A DNA stretch of 63,425 bases, the filler included, from Reclinomonas americana ATCC 50394 (taxonomy: Eukaryota), in NCBI GenBank assembly GCA_048213135.1. It is 8 parts of 5 records of this genome, joined end to end, with 100 filler letters (N's around TTAATTAATTAA, not from the genome) between each part and the next. Parts side by side here need not be neighbours in the genome. Positions count along the whole stretch, not along the records: positions 1 to 23,603 come from PS015022.1; 7 more parts are not named here. The stretch is one strand, 5' to 3'. The position numbers and the translations under genes are program-made. A model generated the notes under the pieces. That model was not told the origin of the DNA. It did no database searches and was given only the letters and a program-made list of their open reading frames with translations. Below are positions 1 through 9,792 of this stretch, in pieces (positions within the stretch are counted from its first letter, which is position 1; each line of letters opens with the position of its first letter).

Positions 1-156
1 CAAAAATAAGAAGAAAGTAGCATACGTAGTTGTTAGTGTGAGTCGATTGGTTCGGGTCCGGTCGCGAACTACAAACCTACCGTAAACGGAAGTAGGCGAC
101 GGTAGGTGAGTGCGTCACCTCCGCCGGCGTCACTTGTCATGTCTCACACAACACAA

Positions 157-195
<39 letters not shown>

Positions 196-199
196 ACAG

Positions 200-3100
200 A
201 CCTGCACATCAACCGCGCACCAAGCGGCTCCGACGCGGTCGACGACGACGACCGCGCGGGCTTGCTTGTGGGCGCCTCTCCCGAGTACCCCAGTCTGCTG
301 CCTCCACCCCCTCTGAGCCCCATTGAGGTGGCCGTCGACAGCCTCACTGTGCGAGTGCCCATCAAGAAAGCCAAGGGCACTGATGCACCCTCGGAGAAAA
401 CAATCATTGAGGACCTCACTGCACTCGTGCGCCCTGGCCAGTTGGTGAGACACACACGCGCAGAGAGACTGCATGCGCAAAGGTGGTGGGTGTGTGTGTG
501 TCTCTGACTCCTCGTGCTTCAGTTTGCGATTTTGGGACCGTCGGGTGCTGGCAAGACGACTCTTCTCGATGTGTTGACCATGCGCAAGCGAGCAACTGCG
601 GGTCGAGTGCTTGTCAATGGACAGGAGCTGACTGCACCGCAACTTCGTCGCATCTCTGCTTGTTGCGCCTCTTGTCGTGCATTCCTCTGCATGCATGCAT
701 ACAGAGCGACTCAGACAATCTCTTCATGCAGACGTGTCGCAGCATGATTTACTGACTGCGGCGTTGACTGTGCAAGAGACCTTTGGTGCGATCGTCCATG
801 GTGCCTGTGCGTGGGCTTGTCGTCGCTCTCTGACTCGTGTGTCGTGGTGCAGATTTCTACGCGGAACTGCGACTGCCTCGTGACATGCCGCCTGCTGACA
901 AGAAGCGTCGTGTTGCGTTGCCTGCCTTTTTCCTTCTCCAGTGGCGAGAGGAGCGACTGATGGCCTCGCTCCTGTAGGTGGACGAGGTGATTCGTCAAGT
1001 CGGGCTCGATCATGTGCGCAACACATATGTCGGCTCGCAGCGCATGCGCGGTGTGTCGGGCGGTGAGCGCCGTCGTGTGTCGATTGGCGTTGAGTTGCTG
1101 ACGGAGCCGTCGCTCATTTTCCTCGATGAGGTGCGTGATGTGCACTCGCGTGTGCATGCACTGTGGTAGCGCGTCGACTGACTTGCTTCTGTGCATCTCG
1201 TGTGTTGCAGCCGACAAGTGGCCTTGGTAAGTGCTGTTTGTCGACTGCGCTCCTCTTTCACTCGCGTTCTCATCGCCCTCCTCGTGTGTGTGCATGCAGA
1301 CTCGGCCACATCTGTAAAGGTCCGTCTGCGTGCATGTCGCACGTAGATGGTAGCTGGACGTTGTGCTGAATCTACCTTTCTGCAGATCATGAGTGTGCTG
1401 CGCAGTCTGGCGGACTCGGGGCGCACAGTCATTTGCACCGTTCCGTCTCCGTTCAGTGTGTCACAACGATCCATTCTTATGCATGCTAACGGATTGCGGG
1501 CAGGTGCATCAACCACGCTCGAGCGTGTTCTCCATGTTTGACTCTGTTGCGTCGATTCCTCCGTTCCTTCCATACCGTTTCTCGTTGCTCATCACCGCAC
1601 GCGGACAGGTTTGGCTTCTCACCCGCGGTCGCACGGCATACTTGGTGGGTTGTGCGAGTCCCTCGCCTCTTCTTGAGTGGCACCTTCTCACACATGGTTG
1701 CTGCTGCACAACAGGGACCCGCCAAGGGCGCCGCCGAGTACTTTACGCAGTTTGGGTACGAGTTGCCAGCGCAAATCAATCCCGCCGACTTTGCCTGTTG
1801 CGTCGAGCGTGTGGTACAGACAGCATGTTGCACCGCCCCGTGCTGACATTCATCGCAGTGGACGTGCTGACGTTCTTCGACGAGCCCGACCCGGAGGCCA
1901 AGTGCCGCGAAATCCATCGTGCGTACACGCAGTCACCCGACGCTGCCCGCGTCGCCGAGACCGTGCGGCAAGTCAAACGTGAGCCGATCGAGGACTTGCA
2001 ACGCGCATCACGATTGGCCACGTGGGGCAAGCAGTTGCGCTTGCTACTGTGGCGCGATTGGCTCGACCAGATGCGCAACCCGGCACTCGGCCGCACACGC
2101 ATCATGCAGGCCATTGTGGTCGGTGCTCTGATTGGCGTGACATTCCTTCGGTGCGTGCGCGCAGTTCCTTGTTGTTGCTACTGCTCCTGCTTTCTCACAT
2201 GATGTGGGTGCACACACGCAGACTCGGGTACGGACAGAAGGATGCCCAGTCGCGCATCGGTTGCGTGCAGATGCTGATTTTCAGTGCCACCATGCCTGTG
2301 GTTTGTTGGCAGCTGATTGCCGCTCGTCGCAAAGTGGACTCGATCTTCTTACCCGTATGGCGGTGATGTGCATGCAGATTGGCAGTGTGGTGCAGATCTT
2401 TGCGCAGTCGCTGCCGATCTTTATCAAGGAGCAGTCGCGTGGCATGTACGGCACCCTGGTGTTCTACATTGCTCGCTTCTTGACCGATCTCCCGTCGCAG
2501 GCGAGTGGGGCGCGGGATGACTAAGCTCTCGGTGACAGCGCCTCACTTTTCTCTCTTTCCTATTATGCAGTTGTTGGCGCAAGTAATCAACTTTACTCTG
2601 CTGTTCTTCATGATCAATCTACGTGGTGGAGGTTCGTCGTCACGATGTCGAGGGAGACGAAGGAGCCGTCCACTGACTCGTCCCTGTGTTGCTGGCAGAA
2701 CACTACATTATAACACTGGCCGGCCTCATTGTCAACTTGCTGTCGGCACAAGGCATCGGACTCGCCATCTCTGCTCTCGTGCCCAACCTCAATGCCGGTA
2801 TGGTCCTGGCGCCCTTGTTTGGCATCATGAGTGTGTTGCTGTGCGGCTTCTTCATCACCATCGATGTTGCGTATCTCGTTCGTTGGTCGATGGTGTTGGC
2901 ATATCGCCACTCATTCATCCTCTGCGTTGTTGCGCAGTCCATTGGATGGTGGTTCCGCTGGTTCTCCTACTCATCGTTGCGTTGTTCGGTGCCCGCCTCT
3001 CTTCCCGCATGTTCACCTCCTCATCTTGCTTGACTCCCACAGGTTTGCCAAGTACACGTTTGAGGTGCTGCTCGCCACACTTGTCACCCTCGGACCTTTG

Positions 3101-3571
3101 ACGCTGTGTCCTCACCACCTGACTGCAGATCGTGCTGGTCGACCAACTCGGCGGCGTGCCGTTCACGTGTACGGAGCTGGAAAAGTTCCTGCATTTGTGT
3201 CTCATCACCAATGGCGACCAGCTGGTGGCGAGCTTTGACTTGGCGGTGCGTGTGACGATGTGTGTCGGGTGACTGACGGATTTCGTTTCTCATGCGACTC
3301 GACGCAGAACACGAGCGTCAGCCGAGCGTTTCTCATTGGGTTTGTATTGTGCTCTCTATATTGTGCGTCAAAGTTATCCCAACCCCCCTCATCATCGTGC
3401 CGTGCAGCGGATGCATCTCACTGGCATGGCGAGTGCTCGGTACGTGCCACTCGACGAATGCCGCGCGCAGGTCTTTGCGTCGCTGCGTGCAGTCTCTCAC
3501 TCGATCGTCTTCGATGCACTCTTGCAGGCTACCTGGCGCTCAAGCTGGCTGCCCGTAACAAGGCGATTTGA
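200..3571 (+). CDS. Half-size ABCG (White-like) transporter, about 22 introns; start codon unresolved
   Basis: Spliced translation gives Walker [11 protein letters not shown]-loop AYVSQHD, signature [32 protein letters not shown] and an ABC2 membrane domain ending [13 protein letters not shown] at 3571. Confidence 0.93.
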
Positions 3572-3843
3572 GGCCGCACGCACCAGGTAGCGGCACAGGA
3601 GAGGGCAGACCCATCCAGTCCTGTTCGTCTTGAGTGTCGGATTATATCGATATTGATAGACTTTCTCTTCTCGTAAAAACCATGTTTCTTGCACCAGCTG
3701 GTCTCTATCGCCGTGCACGAGTATCCTTTTCCTATATGTCGCCGTGCCAGCCCGATCAACCTCGCAATAGATCGGTCATGAGCAAAGAGTACACCATCGG
3801 CGATGCTCGCGTATGATCACCCCGACAAAGACTGACTTACCGA

Positions 3844-6800
3844 ATGAGCGAGGGTGCGCCTCCCCCCACCCTGTGCACACTCACTCCACACCCCGTCCCT
3901 CACTCTCCTCTCTCTCTCCCACCACACGCAGCTGCAGTCGTTGAACAAGGCGCACAGCCGCCTGCGCGCTCTGTGCCTCCTTCGCCACTCGTCGAGGAGA
4001 CACACGTGGAGGTGACCATGGGCGACACTCCGGCGATGGCGAGCGATGTGCCGCCGACACCATCGCGTGTGGCGCGTCAGAGTCTGCATCTCGACGCGCC
4101 TCGCACGGTGATCATCTCTCTCTCACACACACATTTGCATTTTCATCGATCACAGCGTTACTCATGTGATGTGCTCGTGCGCAGCCCGTCACACTGTCGT
4201 TCCGCAATGTCACGGCCAAGGTGCAGGTGCCCATCGGGCGACGCAAGACCAAGGAAGTCACGATTTTGGATGTTTCGTGACACACACACACTCTGCCTCT
4301 CTCCCCTTTCCTCTCTCTTGCATGTACTAACAGCCGCTCTTGCCTTCTTTCTCTGTCCCTGTCACAGAACGTGTCTGGCGTCGTCAAGGTGAGGAATGCT
4401 GTGTCGACATGACGAGGATTCTTTGATTCTCACTCTCTTCTCCTGCTGGTGTGTTCTGCAGCCGCGTTCCATGATTGCTGTCATTGGTCCGTCCGGTGCT
4501 GGCAAGACGTCGCTGTTGGACATTCTGTCGCTTCGTCGCCCGCTGACGAGTGGCGAGGTGCTGTTCAACGGTACCAAACTGACTCGTTCGGAGCTCGGCA
4601 AGGTTTTTCTTGCATACAATACATGCACCTTTTGCGGAATACGCCTGTGCATTCTCTTACTTGCTGCCTTTGTTTTCTCGATTGGCATAGATTGGCGCCT
4701 ACGTTACTCAGTCGGTACGCTGTTTCACTTGTGCACCGATCGCCTGCTCGTTCACTCACACATGTGCTGCGTATGCGTGCAGGACAATCTCATGGCCACT
4801 CTCACGGTGTGTGCGGGCTCATCTCCTTGTGGCGTGGTGTGACTGTCAAACTAACACGCCACGGTGGTTGTTGCGCAGGTGGCAGAGACCTTCCGGTGCG
4901 ATAGTCTTCCTTGTTGCTGCGCCTGCGCCTGTTTTTCTCACAGTCTTCTCATCATCCATCGGTGTCTGTGCATGTGAAGCTTTTGTTGCGTTGGCTCCCC
5001 GCGCGCACTGCAATGCACTTTCCCCATTCGCTCACGATGCATTGCGTGCAGATGCCAACCTCAAGCTTCCGCGCGACATGTCGAAAGAGGAGAAGCAGCG
5101 CCAGGTAAGCTCAACACTCCGTGTACTACTGGATCGCACTTGATCGCTGCAACGCGGGGAGTGATTGCGCAGATCGACCTGGTGGTCAACGAAATGGGCT
5201 TGGAGACCACGTTGAACACGATGATTGGCAGCCATTTGATCCGCGGGTTTGTCGTCCACCCGAGCACGCAGTCCGAGTGTCGCTCTCACTGTGGCAGTCG
5301 CACAGAATTTCGGGTGGAGAGCGCCGTCGTGTGTCGATCGGCATCGAGTTGCTGACCAATCCGTCAATCTTGTTCTTGGATGAGGTTTGTGCTTTGGAAG
5401 ATGACCCGCATGCTCACCAGTTGTCTGTAAACTGAACAATGGGTTGTCATTCGCAGCCAACCAGGTGCGCGGTGATAAATGTATGCGTGTGTTTGTGCAG
5501 GCATGCTTCTAACTGTCAGATTCTCGGCACATGCAACGCGTGCGCAGTGGTCTCGGTGAGTTATCGTGTCGTTTGCGACGCGCCGTATCGTTGCTCCAGT
5601 GCTTAGGCTTACATCGTTGTTCTCTCGCCCATGACAGATGCCGCCACGGCCAGCAAGGTACGTGCGCGATGTTGTCATTTCCATTTTATCGAGCACGCAA
5701 CTCACCGATGACCTGCAGATCATGAACGTGCTGAACGACCTGGCCCAGAGTGGACGCACGGTGGTGTGCACCATTCACCAACCGCGCTCGGCCATCTACG
5801 CCCTCTTTGATGATACGCACCTGTTCACTGCCTACGCATTTTCTTGAATGCCGTTTGCCGACAATGTTTTGTTTGCTGCTGCACAGCTTCTTCTGTTGGC
5901 CAAGGGACACACCGTGTACATGGGTCCTGCCGCGGAGGCTGCTGACTACTTTGAGCAAGCATTGCATCTTCCGGTGCCACCCAAGTTTCGTCGAGCTTTC
6001 CCCTCTCTCTCTCATTCTCTCGCTTGCGTGACTCACCGGCTGGCGACCTGCAGCACGAATGTCGCCGACCATCTCCGTTGCGTGTCGCCTGTGATGTCCG
6101 TGGAGAATTCAACAGTTGCTCGTGCACACGCTGAATCGTGCACCTACCACCTGCAGTGGATGTTTTGACATTCTATGATTCACCGACGCCGGCCGAGGAC
6201 TTGGCCAAAGTAATTGACACCTACGAGCATTCGCACATGTCGCAGAAGGCTACGCAGGAGCTCGCCGAGGTGGAGCATGTAGCGATGCCGGAGATTCATG
6301 AACCCTCACGGCAACCGGGCCGAGGGCGGCAGGTGATTCGTTTGTTGTCTCTGCTGGCCGATTCCCCGTGTAATTGTGCATTGTTCGCAGTTTACGGTGC
6401 TCTTGTGGCGTGCTCTGTTGAATCAAACTCGAAACCCAGGTGTGTGTTTTATCACTGTGTGCTGTTTTCGATGGAAACTATCGTCACTCACTTGCCTCCC
6501 TGCGTGCAGCCGTGACACGGACGCGCATCATCCAGGTGCAACTGCTCCCACCACCACATTCACTCTCTCGCAAGAACTGACCCTGTGTTCTCCCGGGCTT
6601 CTGTTGCTCGCGTAGTCGACAGTCATGAGCGTTCTTGTGAGCCATAGTCGTTTGCACGCAGGGAAGCAGCGAGGTGTGGAACTCACTCAATTCCCTTAAC
6701 TGCGTAGATTGGCCTCATCTTCTTGCGGTATGCACTGGGAAATGTCACTGGTGAGGCCTGCTTTGTCGGGCAGCGCTCGTACCAAACATCGTCTCACTGG

Positions 6801-8572
6801 AGCAATCGTGCGCAGGTGTGGCAATTGGATGACTCACCGTGTTTTGCGCCTCAGCCTGTCGCATTCGCAGCAATCTGTGCGCTCCCGTCTCGGCCTTCTC
6901 GCCATGATCATGATGGTGAGTTTTTCGTTGTGTTTGTGTGTCGTGTTCAATGTTCCTGTTGCTCACTCCCGATGCAGTCGTCAATCATGCCAACGGTGCG
7001 GAAACCGTGAAGCATCCGATTGTCTCCCCAGTGAGTACTGACATTGTTTCTGTGTGTCCAGTTGAACGGAGTCGTGCAAGTGTTCCCCGCAGAGAAAGAA
7101 CTCTTCCTGCGTGAGCGCGCATCCAATTGGTGCGACACGAATCGTCAGTCAGAAAGCTTGCTCCCTGCGTATGTGCACACTCATCCGTGACTCCGTTACG
7201 CGCAGTTACACGACTGCGCCCTACTATGGTGGAGTGAACCTGCGCCATGGCTGTCCTTTTGCGTTTCCATGACTCACTCGCAGTGTGTGGTTTGCACAGT
7301 TGCTCGTGTCATGGCCGACATGCCGTCGCAGGCACGTGTGCTGTTGCTGCTCGCGCATGCGACGCACCAATATGTGCTCAACATTGTTCTGTGACTCGCA
7401 GGTCCTTTCCATGATCATCTACATTGTGATTGTGTACTGTTGCGTCGTTATGCCAGGATGGATTCGCGTGTCTCTGTGTACGCCTGGCTGACGACCTCGG
7501 AATCGTATACAGGGATGGGCAATTTGAATGCCGGCTTCACCAACTTCTTGATTTGTGTGTGCGCGGCCTTGCTCACGGCACTGACGGCTCATGCGCTCGG
7601 TTGGTCACGCTTCCCCCGACACGTGTCCCCTCCCACTTGCACATGTTCTCATCCACGAGCAGGCATTGCCATTTCGGCTGCGGTACCAAATGCCGCTGTC
7701 GGCACTGTTCTCGCCCCGCTGGTTGCACTCTTCCAAGTTGCGCCAGCTTTGTTCTTTCGAACGCCATTCAGTCGTCTCACCCATGTGGTATCCGTAGGTC
7801 CTCTTTGCTGGTACTGTTGCACGTGTTACATATGTTTTGAGAGAGTAGGTATCTGTGTTCTAACCTGCTGCTTGTGTTGCATCGTAGGCTTCTTCGTGCA
7901 GCTGGTATGCCGCACCTTCTTCACTGCCTTTCGAACTCTCTTTGCTCACTTGTTGATGTTTTCTGCAGAACGACATTCCGGTGTTCCTGGTGAGTACTAG
8001 ATGACTCGTCTCGTGCACTATCGCTGTCGCTCACTGTGATGTGTTGCGTGCAGCGATGGATTTCTTACATTAGGTTCGTCGTCTTCGTGCGCGCGTGTGT
8101 GCATGTCGTGGACAGCCTCTCAACATTGCTACACAGCTTCCCTCGGTACGCCTATCAAATCTTTATCGACAACGAGGTGTGTAAATGGCTGCGGGCGGCT
8201 GACTGGCAGTATGTGAGACTGAAATTGAGTGGCTATTCCGCAGTTTGCTGGCGTGACGTTCGAATGTGTTGCCGGTCAGCCGTGCGCTTACCGAACTGGT
8301 ACTCTCCTGTCACGTGTGTAACTCGCTGTGACAATGCTGATCGACTGATTTGTTGCAGGTGACGACGTTATCGCTTCGCTCACCATCGACGTTGCGTCTT
8401 GTGTTTCGCACCCTGCCGTAGATCCTCATCTGCTTTCCAGCCTCACCCCCGTCATCATCGTTCGCAGACGAACATGTGGCTGGCATTCATCCTGCTGATC
8501 ATCATCATGGCCGTGTGGCGCATCCTCGGCCTGTTGGCTCTCATCATGTCGTCACGGAACCGTGTCGCGTAA
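3844..8572 (+). CDS. Second half-size ABCG transporter (tandem paralog), about 38 introns
   Basis: ATG at 3844. Motifs [43 protein letters not shown]; the membrane domain aligns with the upstream paralog. Stop TAA at 8570-8572. Confidence 0.93.
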
Positions 8573-8722
8573 GGCCGATGTAACCTGTAGCTCCAAAGTC
8601 CGTATATACATGCAGCGAGCACAGTGTGCAGTCTGCGCCGCTCCCGTGCCCTCCATCTGAACACCTCGCCGTGAATAAAATGCCGGCGTGGTACCTCCCT
8701 CGTCCTGCACGCAAAAACATCG

Positions 8723-9775
8723 ATGCTGCGAGCGCTGGGGTGTGTGTGTTTCCCTCTGCATCTCTCTGAACGTAACACACGACCCTCACTGCACGCGACT
8801 GCACGCAGAACGCTGGCAAAATGCGAGAGAGCCTTCCTCGCGCCTCTGGGATTCGAGTCCGTCTTGTTGGAGGAGCTGCAACACTGCCACGTTCCCGTCT
8901 GCGGTGTGCATGGTCGCCTCGTGTTGTGTGGCAGTCCGCAGGCTCCCACTCGCTCCCCAGCTTGGGTGCAGAATGTGTGGAACTCGCCGAGTGTCGTGCA
9001 TGTGTCGTCGATTGGCGAGGCGAGCCGTGCACTGCGTGCCATGCAGCGCAGCTGGGTACCATACTCGCCGCACTTGTTTCGGCGTGCACAGCTCATTCAG
9101 GATCGCCTGCCACACGTGTCATGCAAGCCACTTGTGTTCCCACAGACGCCACCTCAATCGCCACTTGGCTCGTGGACGCTGCTGAATGAGGGCACGCTGC
9201 TGGCGTCTGCTGACTGTAGCAGTGCATTCCCGCACGGGGAGGTGGCATTTGTGGAAGACAAGCAAGGCCCGCCGAATAGAGCGTACCTGAAGCTGTGGGA
9301 GGCGCTCGCTGTGCTCAGCAAGTGGCCGCAGGCTGGTGAACGGTGCCTCGATCTCGGTGCCAGTCCTGGTGGATGGACGTGGGTACTGCAGTCTCTGGGG
9401 GCGCACGTGCTGGCAGTGGACAAGGCACCGCTAGACCCTGCCCTGATGCGCTCGCCGACGGTGGAGTTCCGCCAGCAGAGTGCATTTGCACTGGATCCCC
9501 GCGACGTGCCGCCGATGGATTGGCTCTTTTGCGATGTCATCTGCTATCCGCAGCGCCTCCTGCGTTTGGTGCAGCAGTGGATCGATAGTGGTCGCGTCCG
9601 CAACTTTGTGTGTACGCTCAAGTTCCAGGGTCACACTGATCACGCCGCCGTCGACGCATTTGCCGACATCCCCGGATCCCGACTCCTGCATCTGTCGCAC
9701 AACCGTCACGAACTGACGTGGATTCGACTCGACCCCGGTCCAGGCCAGCAGATCACGGTTGATGCAGTACATTAG
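8723..9775 (+). CDS. RlmM/FtsJ-family SAM-dependent rRNA 2'-O-methyltransferase-like protein, possibly organelle-targeted
   Basis: Motifs NRAYLKLWEAL, LDLGASPGGWT, AVD, WLFCDV and HLSHNRHELT. Probable in-frame 69-nt intron at 8740-8808 gives the N-terminus MLRALGTLAK. Confidence 0.85.
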   Translation: MLRALGCVCFPLHLSERNTRPSLHATARRTLAKCERAFLAPLGFESVLLEELQHCHVPVCGVHGRLVLCGSPQAPTRSPAWVQNVWNSPSVVHVSSIGEASRALRAMQRSWVPYSPHLFRRAQLIQDRLPHVSCKPLVFPQTPPQSPLGSWTLLNEGTLLASADCSSAFPHGEVAFVEDKQGPPNRAYLKLWEALAVLSKWPQAGERCLDLGASPGGWTWVLQSLGAHVLAVDKAPLDPALMRSPTVEFRQQSAFALDPRDVPPMDWLFCDVICYPQRLLRLVQQWIDSGRVRNFVCTLKFQGHTDHAAVDAFADIPGSRLLHLSHNRHELTWIRLDPGPGQQITVDAVH

Positions 9776-9792
9776 GGTGCAGAGTGTGCTTA

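Noticed and set aside
1-105. TAG-rich leader lacking a start codon for the first ABCG gene
   Set aside because: It is too short to interpret. It could be promoter, UTR or intron with the start outside the window, or ATG 139 may be used.
662-6083. Reading the shifted donors as G|TT introns cut one base later
   Set aside because: This would change conserved residues (AYV to ACV, ALD to AWD, FYA to FCA, LLD to LRD). GT-AG boundaries fit better.
6691-6707. U12-like branch point TTCCCTTAAC
   Set aside because: The donor of this intron is GTGAGC, which is U2-type.
200-8572. Alternative genetic code or pseudogenisation to explain the fragmented ORFs
   Set aside because: All stops fall in removable introns and the spliced frames are intact under the standard code.
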